Origin: Gaiellales bacterium
GTDB taxonomy: Bacteria; Actinomycetota; Thermoleophilia; Gaiellales; Gaiellaceae
NCBI GenBank assembly: GCA_038320185.1
Contig: JBBQDZ010000001.1
Location: 1-42,429 of the forward strand
Direction of reading: 5' to 3'
DNA length: 42,429 nucleotides
Shown in pieces: positions 17,510 through 25,102 of this stretch (position 1 is its first letter; every line of letters starts with the position of its first letter). The position numbers were made by a program, and so were the translations under genes. The notes under the pieces are model-generated. The model saw nothing but the letters and a program-made list of their open reading frames with translations. It had not been told where the DNA came from and searched no databases.

Positions 17510-18969
17510 GGCGCGGATAGCTCGGTCGGCGAGCGGTAGGCCAACGCCTCTGCCACGTGCTCCGGAAGGACCGCGTCGGCACGGGCAAGCGCGGCGAGCG
17601 TTCGCGCAACACGTCCCACGCGCGCCCGGCCGCGCCCCGAGAGGCCCAGCCGCTCGACCGCGCTCGTCAGCAGCGCGTCTGCCTTTGCAGACCGCGCGAG
17701 AGTTTCTCCGGACGGCACGCCGCGAGCAGCTCCGACACGCTGCCGCACGGGCGCGGAGGCCTCACCAGGGGGCGCCGCGAGATCCTGCGCTCGCACCCGC
17801 GGCACCTTCACGACGAGGTCGAACCTGTCGAGGAGCGCACGCGAGAGCTTGTCGCGATACGACGCCAGCCGCTGCGTGGAGCACGAGCACTCCGCCGCCG
17901 GATCACCGCGGGCGCCGCACGGGCACATGTTCATCGTCCCGACGAGCTGGAATCGGGCGGGGAAGACGAGGTGACCGCTGACGCGCGCCACGCTGACCAC
18001 GCCGTCCTCGAGCGGTTGTCGCAAGGCTTCGAGCACCGGGCGTGGGAACTCGACCAGCTCGTCGAGCAGGAGGACGCCACGATGCGCGAGCGTGGCCTCA
18101 CCGGGCCGCGGTCCAGTTCCGCCGCCGACGATGGCCGCGACCGACGCGCTGTGATGCGGCGCACGAAACGGCGGCACGCTGACCAGCGGCCGGCCCGGCG
18201 GCAGGATGCCGACGACGGAGTGGATGCGGGTCACCTCTAGCGCCTCGGCCCGTGTGAGGCGCGGGAGGATGCCCGGCAGTCGTCTCGCGAGCATCGTCTT
18301 CCCCGTACCCGGCGGACCCGCGAGGAGGAGGTTGTGAGCGCCCGCAGCGGCGATCTCGAGGGCTCGGCGCGCGCGCTCCTGACCTCGCACCTCGCTCAGG
18401 TCTGGCACCTGCTCGCCCGCATCCGGCTCGTCGGGCAGCGGGTCGACCGCGGGCGGCTCTCCTTCGCCCCGAAGATACGACACCGCCTCCGCGAGATGTC
18501 TGACCGGGACAGGCCGAATTCCGGACAGGAGCGCCTCGGGCGCAGATTCGGCGGCGCACAGCAGCCGGTCGAGGCCCGCCTTCACGGCGCCCTCGGCGGC
18601 GGCGAGCACGCCGCCGACCCGGCGGACCCGCCCGTCGAGCGCCAACTCCCCGACGGCGGCATGTCCCGCAAGGCAGTCGGCCGGCAGCTGCCGGGAGGCG
18701 GCCAGCACCGCGAGCGCGATCGGGAAGTCGAAGCCCGATCCTTCCTTGCGGAGGTCGGCCGGGGCTAGGTTGACCGTGATGCGCCGCTGCGGCCATTCGA
18801 GCTCGGCCGACTTGATGCCGCTCCGGACGCGCTCCTTCGCCTCCTGACAGGCGCGGTCGGCGAGGCCGACGATGGCGAACGCCGGCACGCCACGCTGGAG
18901 GTGAGCCTCCACCTCGACCCGCCTGGCGTCAAGCCCGACGAGAGTGTGGGTGACCATCTTTGCAAGCAC
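17506..18969 (-). CDS. comM: Mg-chelatase-like AAA+ protein ComM/YifB
   Basis: N-terminal Lon-protease-like domain (GFDFPIALAVLAA) and Walker A GPPGTGKTMLARRL. The GTG 18969 start is supported by TAGCGT plus 6 nt upstream. ATG 18957 is the alternative start. Confidence 0.9.
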   Translation of the reverse strand: MLAKMVTHTLVGLDARRVEVEAHLQRGVPAFAIVGLADRACQEAKERVRSGIKSAELEWPQRRITVNLAPADLRKEGSGFDFPIALAVLAASRQLPADCLAGHAAVGELALDGRVRRVGGVLAAAEGAVKAGLDRLLCAAESAPEALLSGIRPVPVRHLAEAVSYLRGEGEPPAVDPLPDEPDAGEQVPDLSEVRGQERARRALEIAAAGAHNLLLAGPPGTGKTMLARRLPGILPRLTRAEALEVTRIHSVVGILPPGRPLVSVPPFRAPHHSASVAAIVGGGTGPRPGEATLAHRGVLLLDELVEFPRPVLEALRQPLEDGVVSVARVSGHLVFPARFQLVGTMNMCPCGARGDPAAECSCSTQRLASYRDKLSRALLDRFDLVVKVPRVRAQDLAAPPGEASAPVRQRVGAARGVPSGETLARSAKADALLTSAVERLGLSGRGRARVGRVARTLAALARADAVLPEHVAEALAYRSPTELSAP

Positions 18970-18975
18970 GCCTCG

Positions 18976-18981
18976 ACGCTA
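18976..18981 (-). promoter_or_regulatory. -10-like hexamer TAGCGT, 6 nt upstream of the comM GTG
   Basis: The minus strand reads GC TAGCGT CGAGGC GTG. Confidence 0.35.
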
Positions 18982-19042
18982 GCCGCCTGGCCGTAGCGCC
19001 TTTGTGCCGAATCAGAGACGAGGCTGAGACGGCTGTGGTCGA

Positions 19043-19366
19043 CTAGAAGGCGTCTGCCACGTGCTGCACCTTCCGCCCGTGCACCGCCACGACTTCGAAC
19101 GAGACCTCCAGCTCCGCATGCTCGGGATGAGCCGCGAGCCAGGTCTCGGCGGCGCGAAGCAGACGGCGCTGCTTCTCGGGAGTCACCATCTCGACCGGAT
19201 CGCCGTACCTCTCGCCCTCCTTCGACTTCACCTCGCAGAAGACGAGCCGGTCACCGCGCCGCGCGACGACATCCAGCTCGTTCCCGCCCGCCCAGACGTT
19301 CGTCGCGAGGATGCGATAACCCCGGAACCGGTAGCGCCACACGGCACGGCGCTCGGCCGCGTTCAT
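19043..19366 (-). CDS. yraN: YraN family (UPF0102) endonuclease-like protein
   Basis: GYRILATNVWAGGNELDVVARRGDRLVFCEVK motif; 107 aa. ATGA overlap with the rnhB stop. The longer ORF to 19855 overlaps rnhB. Confidence 0.85.
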   Translation of the reverse strand: MNAAERRAVWRYRFRGYRILATNVWAGGNELDVVARRGDRLVFCEVKSKEGERYGDPVEMVTPEKQRRLLRAAETWLAAHPEHAELEVSFEVVAVHGRKVQHVADAF

Positions 19367-20025
19367 CCGTAGCAGAGCGCCTGGAAGGAGCGGCGGTGGA
19401 TCTCGGAGGGTCCGCGCGCTCGCACGGCAGCCGAGTGCGCCGGAGTGATGTAGCCCACGTGCGACGAGAAGCCGAACGCCGGATAGAGGGCGTCGGCGCG
19501 ACGCATGTATCGGTCGCGGGTGACCTTGGCGATGACAGAGGCGGCCGCGATCGCCGCGCTCCGCTCGTCGCCGTCGACGACGGCCTGGTGCGCCGGCGCC
19601 GACGGACCGAGTCGGAAGCCGTCCACCAGACACGCCTCGGCCGGTGGGGACAAGGCCCGTAGAGCCGCGCGAAGGCCCTCCAGGTTCGATCGATGCAGTC
19701 CGTTGCGGTCGATCTCGCGCGGCGAGATCACCTGCACCGAGATGCGCTCGGCGCAGCCCACGATCGCACTGAACAGCACCTCGCGCCGCGCGGGCGTGAG
19801 CTGCTTCGAGTCGTTCAGGAGCGCGAGTGGCCGGACGCGGTGGTCTCGGAGGCACCCGTAGTCGAGCAGCACGCCCGCCACGACGAGCGGCCCGGCGAGC
19901 GAGCCGCGCCCCGCCTCGTCCGCCCCGGCGACGAATCGGGCACCGAGCCGCCTGTCGAACCGAAGGAGCCGCTGACCGGATCCGAGCGCCACGGAGGCGA
20001 GGATAGCCCCGCCACCGGCAGGCAA
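19363..20025 (-). CDS. rnhB: Ribonuclease HII
   Basis: GADEAGRGSLAGPLVVAGV and DSKQLT motifs. The TTG start at 20025 is uncertain; an internal GTG is possible. Confidence 0.85.
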   Translation of the reverse strand: MPAGGGAILASVALGSGQRLLRFDRRLGARFVAGADEAGRGSLAGPLVVAGVLLDYGCLRDHRVRPLALLNDSKQLTPARREVLFSAIVGCAERISVQVISPREIDRNGLHRSNLEGLRAALRALSPPAEACLVDGFRLGPSAPAHQAVVDGDERSAAIAAASVIAKVTRDRYMRRADALYPAFGFSSHVGYITPAHSAAVRARGPSEIHRRSFQALCYG

Positions 20026-20087
20026 CCGCCGCTGTTACGAAGTCGTTCGCCGGAAAGTCCGGGTTCTTCGGCGAGGCGCGCTCGAGA

Positions 20088-20441
20088 CTAGCGCTGCTGC
20101 TGCTTGACCCGGACGCGAGCCTTCTTGCCCACCCTGCCGCGCAGGTAGTAGAGCTTCGCGCGATTCACGTCGCCGATCGCCCCGACCTCGATCCTGTCGA
20201 TCTTCGGCGAGTGCAGTGGGAACGTCCGCTCCACGCCGACGCCGAACGACTGCTTCCGGACGGTGAAGGTCTCACGCGCTCCCGCCCCCTGGCGCTTGAT
20301 CACGATCCCCTCGAAGACCTGGATGCGCTGGCGCTGCCCCTCGATGACCCGGAAGTGGACGCGGACGATATCGCCGGCCTTGAACTGCGGCAGGTTCGAT
20401 CGCAGCTGACGCTGCTCGAGAGACTCGATTACGTTGCTCAT
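20088..20441 (-). CDS. rplS: 50S ribosomal protein L19
   Basis: [35 protein letters not shown]...[17 protein letters not shown]; 117 aa starting at ATG 20441. Confidence 0.95.
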   Translation of the reverse strand: MSNVIESLEQRQLRSNLPQFKAGDIVRVHFRVIEGQRQRIQVFEGIVIKRQGAGARETFTVRKQSFGVGVERTFPLHSPKIDRIEVGAIGDVNRAKLYYLRGRVGKKARVRVKQQQR

Positions 20442-20469
20442 GAAGAAGGGCGGCGGCCGGCCGTCAATG

Positions 20470-21417
20470 CTAGCGAATCGAAGAGTGGAGGCTCTTCGCC
20501 GCCCGCCCCGCGCCCGCCACACCGACGACGGCGAGTGCCGCGACTGCGCCCACGAACCCGATCCGATTCGGCGGCCAGTAGACGGCGAAGACATCGCCGA
20601 CCAGGTTTGCGCGTGGAACCGAGCCCCATTCGCGCGAATCGCAGGATTGGAGCCGGTTGTCTCCCATCATGAAGTAGCGTCCGGCGGGAATCCGGCGTGC
20701 CGGGAGGGTACGTGTGTCGCGCCGGTCGGACTTGACGTAGGTCTCCTTCAGCTTCTTGCCGTTGATGTAGACAAAGCCGTTCCGTTCGGCCCAGCGGTCC
20801 CCGGGGAGCCCGATCAAGCGCTTGACGAAGGTGCCGCCGGCGCCACAGCGCAGCTGGGCAGCAGGTGGCGTCTTGAAGACGATGATGTCGCCCCGATGCG
20901 GTTTGTGCAGGTGGTAGCAGAACCGGCAGGCGAGCACGCGGTCGGAGAAGCGAGCCATGCAGCCATTCCCGGACCTGGCGCAGTGGAGCGTCGGCTCCAT
21001 CGACGACGAGGGGATGCGGTAGGGATTGACGACCCAGGCCTTGATCGCGAGGACGATCGCCACGGCTCCGACGATGGTCACGATCCAGTCGATCGCCACA
21101 CGCCAGGGTCGCGGCAGGCCGGCGGTCATCCGGTCGACCGGGTTCCACGAGCGCTTCGTCCTGCGCAACTCACGCACGCGCGGCGGCTCGAGGGGCGGCG
21201 CGGACAGCGGCGGCGCCGGCGCAGGGCCATTCGAGGAGTCGAAGGCCGCCCTTCGATCGGGATCGGAGAGCACCGCGTAGGCCGCGTCGACCTCCTCCGT
21301 CCCGATGGAGCCCCACGGATCAGGCGGCACGTCCCGGTGGAGCTCCGCGTACGCGGCCTCGATGTCACTCAAGGAGGCGTCACGCGGTACACCCAGTACG
21401 ACGTAAGGATCTCTCAC
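20470..21417 (-). CDS. lepB: Signal peptidase I with an N-terminal J-like domain and a C-terminal membrane anchor
   Basis: SPase I boxes [25 protein letters not shown] and [16 protein letters not shown] segment [15 protein letters not shown] and C-terminal hydrophobic tail. The N-terminus [23 protein letters not shown]...[14 protein letters not shown] resembles a J-domain. The GTG start forms GTGA with the trmD stop. Confidence 0.8.
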   Translation of the reverse strand: MRDPYVVLGVPRDASLSDIEAAYAELHRDVPPDPWGSIGTEEVDAAYAVLSDPDRRAAFDSSNGPAPAPPLSAPPLEPPRVRELRRTKRSWNPVDRMTAGLPRPWRVAIDWIVTIVGAVAIVLAIKAWVVNPYRIPSSSMEPTLHCARSGNGCMARFSDRVLACRFCYHLHKPHRGDIIVFKTPPAAQLRCGAGGTFVKRLIGLPGDRWAERNGFVYINGKKLKETYVKSDRRDTRTLPARRIPAGRYFMMGDNRLQSCDSREWGSVPRANLVGDVFAVYWPPNRIGFVGAVAALAVVGVAGAGRAAKSLHSSIR

Positions 21418-22073
21418 GACACGCTCCGGGCGAAACTCTGCTCGCGGCGCCACCGGTGGATGCGGCCATGATCTCCCGAGAGGAGCACGTCGGGGACGCG
21501 CCAGCCGCGAAAGTCCGCCGGGCGCGTGTAGTGCGGATACTCCAGCCCTCCGCCTAGCTCCGCAGAGAAGCTCTCCACCCGCGCCGACTCCTCGCTGCCG
21601 AGCGCACCCGGAAGCAGGCGCGCGATCGCGTCGACGAGGACAAGTGCCGGAATCTCCCCGCCCGAGAGGACGTACGGCCCCACGGAGATCGCTTCGGTCG
21701 CCAGGCGCGTGACGATCCGCTCGTCGAAGCCCTCGAAGCGCGCGGACAGGAGCGTCAACCTCTCCTCCCGCGCAAGCTCCTCGACCAGCGGCTGGTCGAG
21801 CTGGCGTCCCTGGGGCGAGAGCGCGATCACCCGATGCGTCGGGGAGCCGCCGTAGACAGCCTCGAGCGCCGCCGCGACGACGTCCACCCGTAAGAGCATC
21901 CCGGCGCCACCGCCGTAGGGCTCGTCATCGACCTGCCCCGCCCGCAGCGGCGTCGTCTCGCGGTAGTTGAACAGCCGCAGGTCGAGCTCGGTGCCGAGTA
22001 CGGCCGCAGCCGGCCGCCGCTCGCAGAGCCAGGCGAACGCATGCGGAACCAGAGTGAAGACGTCGAGCTGCAA
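21414..22073 (-). CDS. trmD: tRNA (guanine37-N1)-methyltransferase
   Basis: LDVFTLVPHAF, DDEPYGGGAGMLL and SGDHGRI motifs. Start chosen at TTG 22073 (MQLDVFTL...). TTG 22136 and TTG 22160 are in-frame alternatives that overlap rimM. Confidence 0.85.
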   Translation of the reverse strand: MQLDVFTLVPHAFAWLCERRPAAAVLGTELDLRLFNYRETTPLRAGQVDDEPYGGGAGMLLRVDVVAAALEAVYGGSPTHRVIALSPQGRQLDQPLVEELAREERLTLLSARFEGFDERIVTRLATEAISVGPYVLSGGEIPALVLVDAIARLLPGALGSEESARVESFSAELGGGLEYPHYTRPADFRGWRVPDVLLSGDHGRIHRWRREQSFARSVS

Positions 22074-22104
22074 AGAGAGTCGCGGTTGGAGTCGGGCCCT
22101 GAGA

Positions 22105-22578
22105 CTACCCGGGGTCGGCGAACCCGGGCGAGACAACGATCCGCCGGAGCGAGAGATCAACCTCGCGCACGCAAGAGTCGACGAGTGGGAGTCGAAGCCC
22201 CGAGTCCAGGTCGAGCACGTCGTTCGCCACCCCCGGAGTCACGCCGATGACGCAACCGATCGCTGCGCCCCCCTCCTCCTCCACCGCGAGCCCCACGAGG
22301 TCGAAGACGTAGAACGAGTCGGCGGGCGGTGGGGGCAGCTGCGAGCGGGAAACGGCAAGCGTCTGTCCGCGCTCCACCGCACGATCGAGGCGGATCACGA
22401 ACCGCCCGCCGGCGCGCTTGGAGGTGAGCACGATCGCCGGCTTCGACTCGACATAGAGGGTGGCGCCGAGCTCGAACCGTTCCGCCGCCTCGCTCGCGCC
22501 TTCGATCGCGAACTCGCCGGCGATCCCGTGAGGCCGGCCGACGCGACCGACCTCGATCAGCTCTTCACCGGTCGACAA
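22105..22578 (-). CDS. rimM: 16S rRNA processing protein RimM
   Basis: EVGRVGRPHGIAGEF N-terminal barrel and a PRC-barrel C-terminus (FYVFDLVGLAV). Start chosen at TTG 22578. GTG 22614 is the alternative start. Confidence 0.8.
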   Translation of the reverse strand: MSTGEELIEVGRVGRPHGIAGEFAIEGASEAAERFELGATLYVESKPAIVLTSKRAGGRFVIRLDRAVERGQTLAVSRSQLPPPPADSFYVFDLVGLAVEEEGGAAIGCVIGVTPGVANDVLDLDSGLRLPLVDSCVREVDLSLRRIVVSPGFADPG

Positions 22579-22807
22579 TCTCGAGCAGCGTCCGCCGATT
22601 CGTCCGCACAGCACTCGCGCGCACGAGCGCCCGCAGCGCCCTGGCGACCCGGCCCTGGCGACCGATCACTCTGCCGACCTCGTCCGGTGCAACCCTGAGC
22701 TCGATCACGAGTGCGTCGTCGCGCTCGAGCTCCGCGACACGGACCTCGTCCGGCCTGGCGACGAGCCGCCTGGCGAGGTACTCGAGGAGCTCAGCGGCCG
22801 GCGACAT
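22565..22807 (-). CDS. KH-domain RNA-binding protein (YlqC/UPF0109 family)
   Basis: 80 aa with GxxG loop VIGRQGRVARALRAL. Conserved position between rpsP and rimM. ATG 22807 overlaps the rpsP end by 17 nt. Confidence 0.85.
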   Translation of the reverse strand: MSPAAELLEYLARRLVARPDEVRVAELERDDALVIELRVAPDEVGRVIGRQGRVARALRALVRASAVRTNRRTLLEIVDR

Positions 22808-23039
22808 TCGCCGCCTTGAGGAGGCGCGCGACAGCCTCGCTCGGCAAAGCACCCTTGCCGATCCACTCCTTGACCTTCGCCTCGTCGAACTGGATAGTCG
22901 AGGGGTCGGTCTGGGGGTTGTACCGCCCGACGATCTCGATGAACTTGCCGTCGCGCGGGGAGCGCGAGTCGGCCACGACGACGCGGTAGATCGGGTTCTT
23001 CTTCGACCCGACCCGGGCCAGTCTCATACGAACTGCCAT
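22791..23039 (-). CDS. rpsP: 30S ribosomal protein S16
   Basis: MAVRMRLARVGSKKNPIYRVVVADSRSPRDGKFIEIVGRYNP. SD GGAGGTG lies upstream. Confidence 0.95.
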   Translation of the reverse strand: MAVRMRLARVGSKKNPIYRVVVADSRSPRDGKFIEIVGRYNPQTDPSTIQFDEAKVKEWIGKGALPSEAVARLLKAANVAGR

Positions 23040-23088
23040 GTCACCTCCGGGTTGCCACGCGGGGGGATTCCCGCGCCTCCGCTCCTCC

Positions 23089-24426
23089 TCATCGGCGAGC
23101 CAGCCGATCTTGAGCCAGCTCGGTCGGGAGGGCGGGGAACTTGCCTTTCTTCATCTGCTTCATCATCTTTTGCATCTGCTTGCGCGCTGCGAGCAGCTGG
23201 TTCACCTGCTGAACGGTCGTCCCGCTGCCCTTGGCGATGCGAAGGCGACGCGAGCCGTCGATGAGATGCGGCATCCGGCGCTCCTTCGGCGTCATCGAGA
23301 GGACGATCGCCTCGACACGGCCCATCTCCTTCTCGTTCACCTCGAGGCCCTTCACCTGCTCGCCGAGGCCTGGGATCAGCGAGAGGATGCCCTTGATCGG
23401 CCCCATCCTCCGGAGCATGCGGTAGCTCGCGAGGAAGTCGTCGAAGGTGAACTGGCCGGCCTGCAGGCGCCGCTCCATCTCCTCCTGCTCGTCCTCCGCG
23501 ACTGCCTCCTCCGCCTTCTCGATCAGGCTGAGCACATCGCCCATCCCGAGAATGCGGGAGGCCATCCGATCGGGATGGAAGTACTCGAGCTGGTCGATCT
23601 TCTCGCCGACCGACACGAGCTTGATCGGCTTGTCGGTGACCGCTTTCACCGACAGTGCCGCTCCTCCACGGGCATCGCCGTCGAGCTTCGTCAGGATGAC
23701 TCCGTCGAAGGCGACTCGCTCCTGGAAGGCCTCGGCGACGGCGACCGCCTCCTGCCCGGTCATCGCGTCGAGGACGAGCAGCACGTTCGTCGGGCGGGCC
23801 GCGTCGCGAACCGCCGCCAGCTCCTCCATCAGCGACTCGTCGACGTGGAGGCGCCCGGCCGTGTCGAGGATGACGACGTCCCGGTCGTCGGCGGCGGCGC
23901 GCTCGAGCCCTCTCCGGACCGCGACGACTGCGTCCTGTGTCTCCTCGCGGTAGACGGGAATCTGAATCTGGCGGCCGAGCTGCTCGAGCTGGTCGATCGC
24001 CGCCGGCCGCTGCAGGTCCGCGGCCACGAGCGCCGGCCGCTTGTGCTCCTTGCGCAGGAGGAGCGCCAGCTTGGCCGCGGTGGTGGTCTTTCCCGACCCC
24101 TGGAGCCCCGCTAGGAGGATCACCGTCGGTGGCCGGCTCGCGAAAACGAGCCGCGAATCGCCGCTGCCCATCAGCGCAGTCAGCTCCTCGTGGACGATCT
24201 TCACAACCTGCTGGCCAGGCGTGAGACTCTTCAGGACACCCGCCCCGAGGGCCCGCTCGCGGACACGGGAGACGAACGTCTTCACGACTCCGAAGTTGAC
24301 GTCCGCCTCGAGCAGCGCCAGACGGATCTCGCGCATCGCGTTGGAGATGGCCTCTTCGTCGAGCCGGCCGCGTTTGCGGAGGTCGCCGAGAGTCGCCTGG
24401 AGCTTGTCGGACAGGCTGTCGAACAC
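23089..24426 (-). CDS. ffh: Signal recognition particle protein Ffh (SRP54)
   Basis: MFDSLSDKLQ N-terminus, GLQGSGKTTTAAKLA, DTAGR, and a Met-rich M domain. The GTG start is preceded by TACACT plus 8 nt. Confidence 0.95.
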   Translation of the reverse strand: MFDSLSDKLQATLGDLRKRGRLDEEAISNAMREIRLALLEADVNFGVVKTFVSRVRERALGAGVLKSLTPGQQVVKIVHEELTALMGSGDSRLVFASRPPTVILLAGLQGSGKTTTAAKLALLLRKEHKRPALVAADLQRPAAIDQLEQLGRQIQIPVYREETQDAVVAVRRGLERAAADDRDVVILDTAGRLHVDESLMEELAAVRDAARPTNVLLVLDAMTGQEAVAVAEAFQERVAFDGVILTKLDGDARGGAALSVKAVTDKPIKLVSVGEKIDQLEYFHPDRMASRILGMGDVLSLIEKAEEAVAEDEQEEMERRLQAGQFTFDDFLASYRMLRRMGPIKGILSLIPGLGEQVKGLEVNEKEMGRVEAIVLSMTPKERRMPHLIDGSRRLRIAKGSGTTVQQVNQLLAARKQMQKMMKQMKKGKFPALPTELAQDRLARR

Positions 24427-24434
24427 GGCCGAGA

Positions 24435-24440
24435 AGTGTA
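24435..24440 (-). promoter_or_regulatory. -10-like hexamer TACACT, 8 nt upstream of the ffh GTG
   Basis: The minus strand reads AG TACACT TCTCGGCC GTG. Confidence 0.4.
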
Positions 24441-24505
24441 CTGGCGCCGTTTTGCCGACTCTGCGCGCGGTTAGGGAACCCCTAATCCACTAGAGGAGGA
24501 GGCAG

Positions 24506-24859
24506 ATGGCAAACGTCGCGAAGGTGATCACGATCATCGGCTCGTCGCCCCAGGGCTTTGCCGAGGCCGCCGCGGCCGCGGTCGAGGAGGCGTCCAAGAC
24601 GCTGCGTGGAATCACGGGTGCCGACGTCGTGTCCATGAGCGCCGGCGTCGAGGGCGACCGGATCACCGAGTACAAGACCACGGTCAACATCGCCTTCGGC
24701 ATCGAACGCGGGGCCGAGGGCGGCGGCGGCTCCTCGGGCGGCGCCAGCGGCTCTTCGAGCGGCGGGTCCGGTGGCTCGTCCGGCGGGAGCTCGGGATCGA
24801 GCGGCGGCTCGGGGTCGAGCAGCGGAGGCTCCTCGGGCGGCGGGTCCGGCTCGAGCTAG
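24506..24859 (+). CDS. Dodecin-family (flavin-binding) protein with a 49-aa Gly/Ser-rich C-terminal tail
   Basis: The 68-aa core MANVAKVITIIGSSPQGFAEAAAAAVEEASKTL...ITEYKTTVNIAF fits the dodecin pattern. Strong SD (GAGGAGGAGG, then 4 nt, then ATG). The only plus-strand gene between ffh and ftsY. Followed by a terminator. Confidence 0.75.
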   Translation: MANVAKVITIIGSSPQGFAEAAAAAVEEASKTLRGITGADVVSMSAGVEGDRITEYKTTVNIAFGIERGAEGGGGSSGGASGSSSGGSGGSSGGSSGSSGGSGSSSGGSSGGGSGSS

Positions 24860-24863
24860 TAGC

Positions 24864-24910
24864 GAGCGAGTGCCGGCGGCGGTCCCCGCCCTCGCCGCCG
24901 GCACTCGCTC
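24864..24910 (+). terminator. Intrinsic terminator-like hairpin after the dodecin gene
   Basis: GAGCGAGTGCCGGCGGCG / CGCCGCCGGCACTCGCTC form an 18-bp stem (24864-24881 with 24893-24910) with an 11-nt loop. It is followed by ATCTCACTTTCGTCTC, a weak T-tract. It sits between convergent genes. Confidence 0.6.
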
Positions 24911-25102
24911 ATCTCACTTTCGTCTCAGACGCGTTCGTGGTTCGCCGATAGGGTCAACATCGGGGGGTCAGGGCCGAAGGCCCCGGGGGAAACGAGCAAA
25001 GGTGGTGCCATCCGAAACGGCCATGGCCCGTCTGAACAGCTCTGCAAGGTGCTTGGGAGCCAGTGCCTCGGTCGCCTCCGATGGTCTGCCTTGGGCGCCC
25101 GA

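Noticed and set aside
21418-21453. Longer lepB start at GTG 21453.
   Set aside because: It would overlap trmD by 40 nt. GTG 21417 forms the recurrent GTGA coupling and places the J-like DPYVVLGV motif at the position usual for J-domains.
23058-23075. Hairpin CGCGGG-N6-CCCGCG between the ffh stop and the rpsP SD.
   Set aside because: It is short (6 bp) with no U-tract. It may be an mRNA processing or stability element, but the evidence is too thin to call a feature.
24482-24904. 140-aa ORF antisense to the dodecin Gly/Ser tail (Ala/Arg-rich).
   Set aside because: It is a mirror image of the GS-repeat DNA. It has no translation signals, and the dodecin frame has a strong SD, a family-like core and a terminator.
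24911-25102. SRP RNA (ffs) between ffh and ftsY. GGUCAGGGCCGAAGG superficially resembles the GGUCAGGUCCGGAAGG helix-8 motif.
   Set aside because: The GGAA tetraloop and the AGCA asymmetric-loop residues that define SRP RNA domain IV are absent on both strands. The resemblance is limited to about 10 nt.
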